DNA of 64,000 bases. It comes from Pseudomonadota bacterium. Its GTDB lineage: Bacteria; Bdellovibrionota_G; JALEGL01; DATDPG01. Shown here one piece after another: positions 54,638 to 64,000 of this stretch. The stretch covers positions 32,001-96,000 of the forward strand of contig JAZDDX010000024.1 of the NCBI GenBank assembly GCA_043809315.1, read 5' to 3'. A program made the translations under genes and the position numbers. Position 1 is the stretch's first letter. Each line of letters opens with the position of its first letter. The notes beneath the pieces are model-generated. The model was not told where the DNA came from. It saw only the letters and a list, made by a program, of their open reading frames with translations, and did no database searches.

Positions 54638-54681
54638 TTTGTTGTACTCCGGCCCGGATGGTAGACTATTTCAGTCGATCA

Positions 54682-55938
54682 TTACAAATCCGAAAAATTC
54701 ATTGCCTGTTGAATATCTTGGAGCAGATCCTCCCAGGCCTCGACTCCGATCGAGAACCGGATCAGACCGTCCGTAATCCCTGCAGCCACGAGTCCTTCCG
54801 GGGTCATTTCGGAGTGTGTGGTCGTGCCGGGATGACAAACGAGCGATTCAACTCCGCCTAAGCTTACGGCGTTCTTGAAGATTTCAAGCGCGCGCAGGGT
54901 TTCGAACGCAGCCCGTTTTCCCCCCTTCAAGTCGATCGAAATGAGCGCCCCGGGGAAATCGCACTGAGCGTCGCGGATCCGGATCTGTTCGGGGTCGGTG
55001 AAAAGAGAAGGGTAGTGAATCGTTCCGATCTTCGGGTGTCCTTGAAGCGACTCGGCGATCCGCTGTGCGTTCTTGCTCTGCCGGTTCATCCGATGGTTTA
55101 CCATTGGGAGGCGACTCGAGAGCATCCAGCACTCGTCCGGTTGGAGGATGTTCCCCAACACCGCGCGCGTCCCCTGGAGTTGCGCGATCAATTCCGGGTT
55201 CTTGGCGAGGATCACGCCGCCGGTCATGTCGCTGTACCCCGAGAGATACTTGGTCGCCGAGTAGATCGAAAGATCGGCGCCGAGCTTGATCGGGTGCTGG
55301 AACGCCGGTCCCATGAACGTGTTGTCGACGGCGACGAGGGGATGCTCCGCGTGTTTCCGCGCCTCCTCAACCGCCGCATCGATGTCCGACATTGTGAGCG
55401 TCGGGTTCGCCGGCGTCTCGACGAAGACCATTCTAAGGTTCTTCGTCTTCCGGATCGCGGTGCGAAGCCCCTGGGTGTCGCCGGCCGCCACCGGCAGCGC
55501 ATGGATCCCCAGCGGTATCAGAATCTGGTGGATGAGGTGATGCGTGCCGCCGTAGACCGGGTTCGTGTAGACGAACGACGATCCGGGGGGGCAGTAGGTG
55601 AGAAATGCCGTCGAAATCGCGGCCATTCCGGTGTTGAAGACTGCCGCCTTCTGCGCCTCCGGTTCGAGCGGGACAACCTGGTCCTCGAAGATCTCGCTGT
55701 TCGGGTGCGAGAGGCGGGAGTAGATGAGATCGACGTCCTCCCCCGCTTCCGGCTTCACTTTTCCCAACGCGATCTGGAAAGCGCGCTCTGCGCTCTCGGG
55801 GGTACGAAAGACGTAGGTCGAGGAGCGGAAGACGGCGGGTCGGACCGATCCGACGGAGAGCCGTGGGTCAAAGCCACGGGTTAAGACGGCGGTGTCGGGT
55901 CGGACGACGTAGGAAGGCTTCTTGGTAGGAGTGGGCAC
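54682..55938 (-). CDS. Trans-sulfuration PLP enzyme (methionine gamma-lyase / cystathionine gamma-synthase family)
   Basis: YSRLSHP, TGMAAI, ETPANPT, VDNTF, SATKYLSG, AVSLGGVESL; probable GTG start 55938. Confidence 0.9.
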   Translation of the reverse strand: MPTPTKKPSYVVRPDTAVLTRGFDPRLSVGSVRPAVFRSSTYVFRTPESAERAFQIALGKVKPEAGEDVDLIYSRLSHPNSEIFEDQVVPLEPEAQKAAVFNTGMAAISTAFLTYCPPGSSFVYTNPVYGGTHHLIHQILIPLGIHALPVAAGDTQGLRTAIRKTKNLRMVFVETPANPTLTMSDIDAAVEEARKHAEHPLVAVDNTFMGPAFQHPIKLGADLSIYSATKYLSGYSDMTGGVILAKNPELIAQLQGTRAVLGNILQPDECWMLSSRLPMVNHRMNRQSKNAQRIAESLQGHPKIGTIHYPSLFTDPEQIRIRDAQCDFPGALISIDLKGGKRAAFETLRALEIFKNAVSLGGVESLVCHPGTTTHSEMTPEGLVAAGITDGLIRFSIGVEAWEDLLQDIQQAMNFSDL

Positions 55939-55978
55939 GTCGGCTGTTATAATGGAGAGGCCCGGCGAGCACAAAGAT

Positions 55979-56305
55979 ATGCGAATCCCCAATACCGACG
56001 TGGCAATCGAGTTCCTGCGTCGATCCGGCCCCGGCGGCCAGCACCGGAACAAACGGTCGACCGGCGTACGGATCGTTCATCTGCCGACCGGGATCATCGT
56101 GATGGCGACGGAGCGGAGATCGCAGGCGCAGAATCTCGAGGTTGCGGTCGAGCGGCTCGCGGCGATTCTTGAAAAGCGGGCGCGCAAACCGAAACCGCGC
56201 GTGAAGACGAAGGCGACGAGAGGGTCGAAGGAAGAGCGATTGCGGTCGAAAAAGGCGCGTGCCCGTACGAAGCAGGCCCGCAGAAAAGCAGTCGAGTTCG
56301 AATAG
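55979..56305 (+). CDS. ArfB-like peptidyl-tRNA hydrolase (release-factor GGQ domain + basic tail)
   Basis: RSGPGGQHRNK, ERRSQAQN, basic tail RLRSKKARARTKQARR. Confidence 0.85.
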   Translation: MRIPNTDVAIEFLRRSGPGGQHRNKRSTGVRIVHLPTGIIVMATERRSQAQNLEVAVERLAAILEKRARKPKPRVKTKATRGSKEERLRSKKARARTKQARRKAVEFE

Positions 56306-56433
56306 GGGTGTCCGAATCCCGGACGAGGGACGGGAAACCGGACCTTCCTGCCTGACGCTCTCGAACCTATTGCATTAGAGGCTGGCTCGTTTTGTGCCAG
56401 CGCAATGGAGTTGTGGCCCTTCAGCGGACCCCC

Positions 56434-56462
56434 TTGCAAAGGCAACCTATAGGTTGCATAAT
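56434..56462 (+). promoter_or_regulatory. hicAB sigma-70 promoter with palindromic operator
   Basis: TTGCAA-17 nt-CATAAT; perfect 16-bp palindrome GCAACCTATAGGTTGC at 56442-56457. Confidence 0.75.
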
Positions 56463-56477
56463 ATGAAGGTCCCCTCG

Positions 56478-56672
56478 ATGAAACCCCGCGACCTGAGGAG
56501 GGTGGCGGAAAAACATGGCTGGTTTCATGCAAGAACATCGGGAGGACATTGGATAATGACCAAAGCAGGATATCGATCGGTGCCGATCTCCTCCCATGTG
56601 ACGGAGTTTCCTCCCTCGTTTGTGAAGGTGATCTTGAAACAGCTGGGAATCTCTCCGAAGGGGGTCCGGTAA
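56478..56672 (+). CDS. hicA: HicA family toxin
   Basis: GWFHARTSGGH, VPISSH, ILKQLGI; alternative start 56463. Confidence 0.88.
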   Translation: MKPRDLRRVAEKHGWFHARTSGGHWIMTKAGYRSVPISSHVTEFPPSFVKVILKQLGISPKGVR

Positions 56673-57106
56673 TGTATTTCGAAGCGAAGATTCGGAAAGA
56701 GGGGAACGGTTATCGGGTCACCTTCCCAGGCTTGGAGAACGTGTTGACCTACGCCGAGACGAGGGAGAAGGCGGTGAGCTCGGCGAGTGAAGCGTTGGTG
56801 GGGTGTTTGTTGGAGGATCTGGATCGGGGGCTCGATCTTCCAACGCCGGTGATGATGGGACCGAAGAAGGGGACCGTTTTGATTCCGATTCCGGCTTCTA
56901 TCGGGGTTGCACTCCTTCTTCGAAAGTTTCGCCGAGAACAGGGCCGAACGACGCTTCAGGTGGCGAAACGACTCGGAATTACGCGGCAGGCGTACGAAAA
57001 GTTGGAACGAGGCAGGGGAAATCCGTCCCTTCAGACGCTGGATAAAACGTTCGCCGCGTTCGGGGTGACCTTCGATCTGATCACTCGTCGGAAGGAAGCC
57101 GCGTAG
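56672..57106 (+). CDS. hicB: HicB family antitoxin with XRE HTH
   Basis: YRVTFPGL....TYAET.E.A...ASEAL; HTH VAKRLGITRQAYEKLERG..NPSL. Confidence 0.9.
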   Translation: MYFEAKIRKEGNGYRVTFPGLENVLTYAETREKAVSSASEALVGCLLEDLDRGLDLPTPVMMGPKKGTVLIPIPASIGVALLLRKFRREQGRTTLQVAKRLGITRQAYEKLERGRGNPSLQTLDKTFAAFGVTFDLITRRKEAA

Positions 57107-57109
57107 ACG

Positions 57110-59281
57110 TCACAACCACGCGTGAACGACGACCTTGAAGATCAGGCCGCGGAGATGCGTCGAGAAGTTTGAAGCGGTCCTCTCTTCGCTGTAGACCGCG
57201 AAGAATTCACTCAACGGCGCGAACCGCCACCGGAAACGGTACTGCAGCTCCAGGATGTCATCGGTCCGGTTCCACCCGGAGTTCGTCTCCAGGGCCAGCC
57301 CAGGGCGGAACGAATACGATCCGGAAAAGTTCAGAGTGTTCGAGACGTAGTCGGCGGAGAGGTCGGGGAGGCGGATCCAGTTGATCTGTGCCCCCGTTTT
57401 GAAGATCAGGCCGGGGAACGGTTTCCCGTAGATCGTGGGGCTCCACTGGTGAATCGTCCCGCCAAAGAAGCCGGCGTATTTGTACGTGAGATCCAGCGTG
57501 ATCGGATTCTGGTACGGCGTCGTGACCTGAGTGAATAACTGCGGGTGGGTATATCGGCCGACGGGGATCGTTACTCCCGGCTTGAGGTCGAACGACGTCA
57601 GCACATCCTGGGACATGAGATATCCGGCAGCGAGAAATGTGTAGCCGGAGACCGTTTCGACCAGGCCGTCTACGATCGCCGTCCAATCACGAAGGGCGTT
57701 AAACTCATCCGACGAGAAAACGTTCCCGGCGGTTTCGAGCGTGAGCCGTTTGATCCCGCGTTCCGGCAGGAGAATGGCGCGGTCCACACTCAAGGTCCCT
57801 CGGAAGATCCCTGTGCGTTCGAAATACCCGACGGCCGGATTGAATCGGTCGGAGACGTAGATGTTCGACTGGCGGATCTCCCACAGTCCCGGTGTCCAGA
57901 CGGTTCGAAGGTAGGCCGCGCCGCCGTTCCCTTCCATCTCGCCGGCCGAGTTGGGATTGGAATGCGTCCCGGACGCGAAGCTCGTGACCGTTACCCGCCC
58001 GTCTTCGGAGCGAAACGTCCCGTCGACCCCTCCCGCGGTATTTCCGCCGTCCGGGCCGGAGGTATCCTGCCGGTGGACGATCATCGTGCCGATGTCCGAC
58101 CGGGAACCGATATCCTGTCGGACGCGCAGAACCGAGAAATTCCGGTCCGGAACGGCAGAGGTGTTCTCGGTCTGGATATTGAGGACTCCGTAGTCGGCTC
58201 CGCCGATTTTCCCGTAGGACCGGACCCCGGCAACGACCGGCACCTCGTTTCCCCCCTCCAGGCCGATCCGCCGGGAATAGAACAGTTGAGCGAACTCGGA
58301 GATCCCGAATTCGAAGGAGTGAAGTCCTTCCAGGAAGAACGGGCGTTTTTCCGGAAAGAACAATTCAAAGCGGTTTAAGTTCACCTGCTGATCGTCGATG
58401 TCGACCTGGGAGAAGTCGGTTTTGACGGTGATTTGCGCGATCGCGTTCCTCCGGAGCGGGTACTTGAAATCGATCCCCGGTTTGAAGACGAACTCTCGGT
58501 TGCCGGCGATCCGATCCTCGCGGAAGCCGGTCGAGAGGTACGGGAGGAGGCTTAAGTTCCGCCAGCCGCGCGTCGGGATCTCAATCCCCTCCAGGCAGCC
58601 GTATTGGGTCGCATGAAACGATTGAAACGGCGGAACGAGCGGTGCCCAGTCGGAAAGCTCGGAGCAGCGTGGAAGGCCGCGGACGACGTCGAGTCCCATC
58701 GTCGAGTTGCGGGCCGGGTCGTATTCGAGCGACGCGAACGGGATCCGGATCTCCGCGACCCAGCCGTCCGAATTGACCCGCGTCTTTGCCTCCCAGACGG
58801 TGTCCCAGGTGGTGATGAACTGCTCGCCGTTGTTCACCCCTTTCCCGTCGAGCATCGCGCCGAGGGGGGTAACGGTGAAACCGTACACCGACCGGTAATC
58901 GTGCTGAGGATCGAGATTGACCGAGACGAGATCATCCTTCCAGATCTGGCTCGAGTCGGGGGCCTTGGCTCGGGCAAGGATCTTCCCCGGTTCCCGATCG
59001 TACAATGTGATGCCGAAGTAGAGGTTCTCGTCGTCGTAGAGGACGCGGAACTCCGTTCTTTCCGATTCCGGTTGTCCGACGAACGGTTCCCGTTGAATGA
59101 AATTGCTCCCGATCGGGGCGGTTCCCCAGGCCGCTTCGTCCAGAACCCCGTCGATCCGGATCGGCTCGGCCGTTCGGATCGTACGGATCGAAGGGCGGTC
59201 GGTCGGGATCAGGTTCGGCTCCTGCGCCAGAGTAAAGAGGGGCCAGAGACAGATCGGCGGCAATGCCAAGATCTTTCGCAC
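57110..59281 (-). CDS. CBM9-like + DUF5916-type outer-membrane protein
   Basis: IDGVLDEAAW, W.AEIRIPF, TDFSQVDIDD, LFFPEKRPFFLEG, LFYSRRIG; probable GTG start 59281. Confidence 0.8.
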   Translation of the reverse strand: MRKILALPPICLWPLFTLAQEPNLIPTDRPSIRTIRTAEPIRIDGVLDEAAWGTAPIGSNFIQREPFVGQPESERTEFRVLYDDENLYFGITLYDREPGKILARAKAPDSSQIWKDDLVSVNLDPQHDYRSVYGFTVTPLGAMLDGKGVNNGEQFITTWDTVWEAKTRVNSDGWVAEIRIPFASLEYDPARNSTMGLDVVRGLPRCSELSDWAPLVPPFQSFHATQYGCLEGIEIPTRGWRNLSLLPYLSTGFREDRIAGNREFVFKPGIDFKYPLRRNAIAQITVKTDFSQVDIDDQQVNLNRFELFFPEKRPFFLEGLHSFEFGISEFAQLFYSRRIGLEGGNEVPVVAGVRSYGKIGGADYGVLNIQTENTSAVPDRNFSVLRVRQDIGSRSDIGTMIVHRQDTSGPDGGNTAGGVDGTFRSEDGRVTVTSFASGTHSNPNSAGEMEGNGGAAYLRTVWTPGLWEIRQSNIYVSDRFNPAVGYFERTGIFRGTLSVDRAILLPERGIKRLTLETAGNVFSSDEFNALRDWTAIVDGLVETVSGYTFLAAGYLMSQDVLTSFDLKPGVTIPVGRYTHPQLFTQVTTPYQNPITLDLTYKYAGFFGGTIHQWSPTIYGKPFPGLIFKTGAQINWIRLPDLSADYVSNTLNFSGSYSFRPGLALETNSGWNRTDDILELQYRFRWRFAPLSEFFAVYSEERTASNFSTHLRGLIFKVVVHAWL

Positions 59282-59346
59282 TTCCCCCAGATTAGATGTG
59301 GGTCCGCTTTTCGGGAACGTTATTCGTTTTTTCGAATGCTGTTGAG

Positions 59347-59502
59347 TCAGGCTGTCTTCGCAGGTCGTTTGACCTTCCGAAACAACTGAATCATCTGAAA
59401 AAGCCATTCCAGGCGTTCTGCAGGCGTGAGACTTAGGCCCAGAACGGCCTGTCGCTGCCGCACCCCTTCGAACCCTTTGTCCCACCCGATCTGTTTCTTC
59501 AT
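59347..59502 (-). CDS. Small 51-aa partner of nucleotidyltransferase
   Basis: Hand translation MKKQIGWDKGFEGVRQRQAVLGLSLTPAERLEWLFQMIQLFRKVKRPAKTA; ATGA overlap with upstream gene; below ORF-track cutoff. Confidence 0.65.
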   Translation of the reverse strand: MKKQIGWDKGFEGVRQRQAVLGLSLTPAERLEWLFQMIQLFRKVKRPAKTA

Positions 59503-60005
59503 ACTTCTTTCTTCTCGGCCTTGATCAATTCTAGCACGCGTATGTCCGCCAAATCGATCGGTCGGCCCACCTTCTTTTTCATCTCGATCAGGTCATCGAG
59601 AGAGACAACGGTTACGACGGTCTTGTCCACTTCGACCCGCTCAGCTCTGGAATAAACAGCCGTGAAATCAAAAGGTTCGGAAACAAACAGGTCGACCTCA
59701 ATTCCGGGAAAACGGGAACTGTAAGTCGAGAAAACGGTTAATCCTTTCTCGCGGATCCATTCCAAACGCTTCTCATCGTCGGCAAACTCTTCGAACGGAA
59801 CCGGAGGCCTCGGTCGGTAGCCAAGGGCCTTGAACGCCCGTACAGCAGCCAGGACATTGTCACGGTCCAAAGCAACGACGAGGTCGATGTCCGCCGTTGT
59901 ACGCAAGTGCCCGTGCAAGACGACGGCCAGGCCGCCCACGACCACATATTTCACCTTCTGCTGGTTTAGGCCTTGAAAGATCTCTTCAAACGGGGTGGGC
60001 GGCAT
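59499..60005 (-). CDS. Nucleotidyltransferase (DUF6036-like)
   Basis: VVVGGLAVVLHG..RTTADIDL, VDLF, LIEMKKKVGRPIDLADI. Confidence 0.85.
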   Translation of the reverse strand: MPPTPFEEIFQGLNQQKVKYVVVGGLAVVLHGHLRTTADIDLVVALDRDNVLAAVRAFKALGYRPRPPVPFEEFADDEKRLEWIREKGLTVFSTYSSRFPGIEVDLFVSEPFDFTAVYSRAERVEVDKTVVTVVSLDDLIEMKKKVGRPIDLADIRVLELIKAEKKEV

Positions 60006-60011
60006 TTCCGT

Positions 60012-60587
60012 TTAGCTATCCTTCGCTTGCGGTGGGACCGTGTGGCACCGGCGGCAGCGGGCTTCGTAGCTGTCTGATGCCCCGACGACGATCCGCTCGG
60101 TTTGAGCGCTGATCCGCTGCGTCCGGTTGGCCGGGTTCCCGCAGACGACGCAGATCGCGAGGTCTTTGGTGATGTACTCCGCAATGGCGAGCAACGCCGG
60201 CATCGGGTCGAACGGCGCTCCGCGATAGTCCTGATCCAGCCCCGCGACGATCACCCGCTTCCCGCGGTTCGCGAGCTTGTTGCAGACCTCGGCCAGGTTG
60301 TTCTTGAAGAACTGCGCCTCGTCGATCCCGATGACGTGGTACTCCTCGGCCTTCTCGAGGATTTCGCTCGCGTCGGCCACCTGGATCGCCTCCGCCTTTT
60401 GCTGGTCGTGGCTCACGACATGCTCGGCCGAGTAGCGGATGTCGATCTGCGGCTTGAAGATGATCGTTTTCTGCTTCGCGATCCGCGCGCGCTTGATCCG
60501 GCGGATCAGCTCTTCCGTCTTGCCGGAGAACATGCTCCCGCAGATCACTTCAATCCAGCCGGTATCTCGGGGGGTGTTTTGAATCAT
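60012..60587 (-). CDS. tdk: Thymidine kinase
   Basis: [37 protein letters not shown]. Confidence 0.97.
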   Translation of the reverse strand: MIQNTPRDTGWIEVICGSMFSGKTEELIRRIKRARIAKQKTIIFKPQIDIRYSAEHVVSHDQQKAEAIQVADASEILEKAEEYHVIGIDEAQFFKNNLAEVCNKLANRGKRVIVAGLDQDYRGAPFDPMPALLAIAEYITKDLAICVVCGNPANRTQRISAQTERIVVGASDSYEARCRRCHTVPPQAKDS

Positions 60588-60618
60588 CGTTTGGCCTTTT
60601 AATCATTTTTGAAGGAGG

Positions 60619-61380
60619 ATGTCAGCCATCACGCGAAGTTCAGAAATAAATTATTGGCTCTGTTTCCTGCTTCTCTGGATCGTTGGGGGGATCGCCGGCC
60701 CGGCGTATGCTGGCGGACGGACCCCCATGGACGAACAGGCGTTTCAAAACCGGCGGCTCGAGATGGTCGCGACACAGATCGCGAACCGGGATGTTTCCGA
60801 TCCGACGGTTTTGACCGCCATGCGGAAGGTTCCGAGACATCGTTTCATGGCGGAAAAATACTGGTCGGAGGCGTACGACGATCATCCACTACCGATCGGG
60901 GAGGGGCAGACGATCTCGCAGCCGTACATCGTCGCGAAAATGACGGAGCTGGCGGGGGTAAAGAAGAATTCCAAGGTCCTCGAGATCGGGACCGGCTCCG
61001 GGTATCAGGCCGCCGTTCTCGCGGAGCTGGGAGCCGAGGTTTATTCAATTGAGATTATCGAGAGCCTTTCGAAGCAGGCGGGGAAGAGCCTGGAGTCGGC
61101 CGGATACAAGAGGGTCCACTTGCGCGTTGGCGACGGCTTTGGCGGCTGGCCGGAGATGGCCCCCTTCGACGCCATCGTGGCGACGGCAGCGCCGGAGGAG
61201 GTCCCGCAGCCGCTCGTCGATCAGCTGAAGGTCGGGGGGAAGCTTGTGATCCCGGTCGGGAAATCGGGCGGTTTTTGGTACGGGCGCCAGGATCTCGTGG
61301 TGGTCGAGAGGAATGAGAAGGGAACGACCCGGAAAAACATCTTCCCGGTCGTGTTTGTTCCGATGACCCGGGGAAAGTGA
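60619..61380 (+). CDS. pcm: Protein-L-isoaspartate O-methyltransferase
   Basis: VPRHRF, GQTISQPY, VLEIGTGSGYQAA, PFDAI, FVPM; start uncertain. Confidence 0.95.
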   Translation: MSAITRSSEINYWLCFLLLWIVGGIAGPAYAGGRTPMDEQAFQNRRLEMVATQIANRDVSDPTVLTAMRKVPRHRFMAEKYWSEAYDDHPLPIGEGQTISQPYIVAKMTELAGVKKNSKVLEIGTGSGYQAAVLAELGAEVYSIEIIESLSKQAGKSLESAGYKRVHLRVGDGFGGWPEMAPFDAIVATAAPEEVPQPLVDQLKVGGKLVIPVGKSGGFWYGRQDLVVVERNEKGTTRKNIFPVVFVPMTRGK

Positions 61381-61384
61381 GGGA

Positions 61385-62245
61385 TTATGCGGCGACGCGG
61401 CCGTGCGCCAACGCTTCAAGGCGCGCGATGCGGTCTTCCGTCGCAGGGTGCGTCCGAAAGAGATTGACGAACCCTCCTCCGGTTAATGGATTAACGATGA
61501 ACATGTGCGCCGTCGCCGGTTTAACCTCCATCGGCATGTATCGAGCCCCCGCTTCCAGCTTCTGAAGAGCACTTGCGAGTGAAAGTGGGTTTCCGCAGAG
61601 CTTCGCCCCACCGGCGTCCGCCGCATACTCACGTGAGCGTGAAACCGCCATCTGGATCAACATCGCGGCGAGCGGTGCCAGGATCAGCATGAGAAGCATC
61701 CCGATCGGATTTCCCCTCCGGTCGTCGTTCGAGCCCCGGCCGCCGCCGAAGATCATCGCCCACTGCGCCATGTGTGCCAGCATGCTGATCGCGCCCGCGA
61801 ATGTCGCGGCGATCGTTGAGATCAAGATATCGCGATGGAGGACGTGGCACAGCTCGTGGCCGAGGACCCCGGTCAGCTCGTCGCGGTTCATGATCTTGAG
61901 AAGCCCCTGGGTCACAGCGACCGCCGCGTGACTCGGATTCCGCCCGGTCGCAAAGGCGTTCGGGGTTTCGACCGGGAGGATGTAGACCTTCGGCATCGGA
62001 ATCCCGGCGCGGGTGGCGAGGTTCCGGACGATCGAGTGAAGCTCCGGAGCCTCTCCTTCGGTCACCGGCTGGGCGTGATACATCGCCAGGACGATCTTGT
62101 CGGAAAACCAGTAGCTGAAGAAGTTCATCACGATCGCGAGGCCGAACGCCATCACCATCCCTTGCTGCCCGCCGAGCGCTTGCCCGGCGAAGACGAACAG
62201 AACGGTCAACAACGCCATCAGAAACGTGGTTTTGAGCATGTTCAT
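61385..62245 (-). CDS. htpX: Zinc metalloprotease HtpX
   Basis: [34 protein letters not shown]. Confidence 0.96.
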   Translation of the reverse strand: MNMLKTTFLMALLTVLFVFAGQALGGQQGMVMAFGLAIVMNFFSYWFSDKIVLAMYHAQPVTEGEAPELHSIVRNLATRAGIPMPKVYILPVETPNAFATGRNPSHAAVAVTQGLLKIMNRDELTGVLGHELCHVLHRDILISTIAATFAGAISMLAHMAQWAMIFGGGRGSNDDRRGNPIGMLLMLILAPLAAMLIQMAVSRSREYAADAGGAKLCGNPLSLASALQKLEAGARYMPMEVKPATAHMFIVNPLTGGGFVNLFRTHPATEDRIARLEALAHGRVAA

Positions 62246-62294
62246 GGATACGCTTCTCCTGTCGGAACCAACGTAGGCACGATTTGGGGCGTGT

Positions 62295-63044
62295 CTAGGC
62301 TTTGTCCTTCATGAAGAACTTAAGGAAGTCGATCGGCACGGGGAAGATGGTTGTCGAGTTGTTCTCGGTGGCGATCTCGGCCAGCGTCTGCAGATAACGG
62401 AGCTGCAGCGTGATCGGCTGTTGCGCCATGATGTCGGCCGCCTCACGGAGCTTCGCGACCGCCTGCGCTTCCCCTTCCGCCGCGATGATCTTCGCGCGCC
62501 GTTCCCGCTCCGCTTCCGCCTGCCGCGCCATCGCCCGGCGCATCTCCTCGGGGAGGTCGATGTGCTTCACCTCCACCAGGGTCACCTTGATCCCCCACGG
62601 GTCGGTGTGGTTGTCGAGGATCGTCTGAAGCTCCTGATTGATCTTATCGCGCGCCGAGAGGAGTTGGTCGAGTTCGTGTTGACCGAGAATCGACCGCAGC
62701 GTGGTCTGGGCCAGCTGGCTCGTGGCGTACATGTAATCCTCGACCTGGACCAACGCCTTGTCCGGGTTCATCACTTTGAAATAGACGACGGCGTTCACTT
62801 TCAAGGAAACGTTGTCTTTCGTAATGACGTCCTGCGGAGGGACGTCGAAGGCGATCGTCCGGAGCGAGATCTTCACCATCCGGTCGACCATCGGGATGAT
62901 CCAGTTGATCCCGGCGGTCTTCATCGTCCGGATCCGGCCGAGGCGGAAGATAACCCCCCGCTCGTACTCCATGACGACCCGGAAGCCGCTGAAGACGAAG
63001 ATGCCGAGGATGATGACTATCGTTGTGATGTTGAAACCGATCAT
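62295..63044 (-). CDS. SPFH/stomatin (slipin) family protein
   Basis: [45 protein letters not shown]. Confidence 0.95.
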   Translation of the reverse strand: MIGFNITTIVIILGIFVFSGFRVVMEYERGVIFRLGRIRTMKTAGINWIIPMVDRMVKISLRTIAFDVPPQDVITKDNVSLKVNAVVYFKVMNPDKALVQVEDYMYATSQLAQTTLRSILGQHELDQLLSARDKINQELQTILDNHTDPWGIKVTLVEVKHIDLPEEMRRAMARQAEAERERRAKIIAAEGEAQAVAKLREAADIMAQQPITLQLRYLQTLAEIATENNSTTIFPVPIDFLKFFMKDKA

Positions 63045-63054
63045 TCGAACCTCC

Positions 63055-64000
63055 CTAGATTTTTTTCACTTGGGCCGTGAGACCGTCCAGCGCCACGATC
63101 TCGACCTTGGCACCGGTTTCGATCGTTTCGGCCGATGTGGCGCGCCAATATTCTCCATTTACATAGATCCGTCCACCTGAATTGACGTTGATCGTTTTAT
63201 CTACGACCGCTTTCGTCCCGATCAACGCTTCCATTCCGGCGGTCTGCTTGGCTTTGAGCGTCCGACCGATTGCGACGCCGATGATCACCGCGATCGCCCC
63301 GATCGCAGCGGCGGCCCCCCAAATCATCCCGCGCGGCACGCGAAGGTCGCTCTTTTCCGGATCAAACAAGAGATACGCCCCGATCACGAACGCCGTCACT
63401 CCCCCCAAAGCCATCAAGCCGAACGAGGAGACGTAGACCTCGCCGATCAGGAGCCCGAACGCGAGAAGGATCAGTCCGATCCCGACGATCGAGAGCGGGA
63501 TCACGCTGTTCGCGATCAGAAGTAACAGGACCGCGATCCCCGCCGCGACCGCCGGGAAGATCAACCCGGGGTGCGACATCTCCATGTAAACCCCCATCCC
63601 CGCGATCAGAAGAAGGACGAACATTACCGCCGGGTTCGCCAGCCCGTTCTTCACCTTTGTGCCGAACGCGACTTTGAGCGGCACGAGCGTCGCGCCCGCC
63701 GTCTTGAGAACTCTCTCGCCGGAGGAAGTCTGGATCTTCCGTCCGTTCGCCTTCACCAGGAACTCCGTCGTATCTTTCGCGATGAAATCGACGACGTGAA
63801 GCTCGACCGCTTTCATCTCGTCGATCACGGCGCTCTCGAGAACCGCTTTCTTCGCCCACTCGGGATTCCGCTTCCGGCGGGTCGCGACCCCCTCGATCCA
63901 GGCGATCGTGTCGTTCTCGATCTTCTTCGCGAGATGCTTTCCCCCATCCTTCTCCGGATCGCTCCCGGTCGCCGAGATCGGGTGAGCCGCCCCGATGTTC
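63055..64000 (-). CDS. nfeD: NfeD membrane-bound serine protease, C-terminal part (starts beyond window)
   Basis: NIGAAHPI...[22 protein letters not shown]-fold; upstream of stomatin gene. Confidence 0.92.
   Translation of the reverse strand, partial: NIGAAHPISATGSDPEKDGGKHLAKKIENDTIAWIEGVATRRKRNPEWAKKAVLESAVIDEMKAVELHVVDFIAKDTTEFLVKANGRKIQTSSGERVLKTAGATLVPLKVAFGTKVKNGLANPAVMFVLLLIAGMGVYMEMSHPGLIFPAVAAGIAVLLLLIANSVIPLSIVGIGLILLAFGLLIGEVYVSSFGLMALGGVTAFVIGAYLLFDPEKSDLRVPRGMIWGAAAAIGAIAVIIGVAIGRTLKAKQTAGMEALIGTKAVVDKTINVNSGGRIYVNGEYWRATSAETIETGAKVEIVALDGLTAQVKKI

Noticed and set aside
1-64000. tRNA, rRNA, CRISPR arrays, IS elements
   Set aside because: None recognised; intergenic spaces are short and lack such patterns, though a covariance search was not possible

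Overview
GC-rich bacterial chromosomal window; the gene content is suggestive of a deltaproteobacterial, Myxococcota- or Bdellovibrionota-like organism, but this is inference only. Left to right: a partial acyl-CoA ligase; a 13-gene Wzy-type exopolysaccharide operon headed by a heparinase II/III-like lyase (220-15248); a VWA lipoprotein; a GIY-YIG/alkyltransferase-like fusion; an accessory RHS locus (17472-28370); rbr-umuDC; transporters and outer-membrane proteins; fused NfnAB; a porin-multiheme cytochrome cluster; an NTT-family nucleotide transporter; two toxin-antitoxin-like pairs; and housekeeping genes (nfuA, tdk, pcm, htpX, SPFH, nfeD). The standout is a split RHS system. One Sec-signal-bearing SpvB/FG-GAP/YD-repeat shell gene stops just before the RHS-associated core. 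It is followed by three intact genes, each with its own signal peptide, a near-identical ~170-aa final-strands-plus-autoprotease core, and a different ~220-230-aa payload (HExxH metalloprotease-like, Cys-His-Asp transglutaminase-like, unknown). No immunity genes lie between them. This looks like a shell loaded in trans with interchangeable cartridges. All family calls come from motif recognition by eye; no database searches were run.
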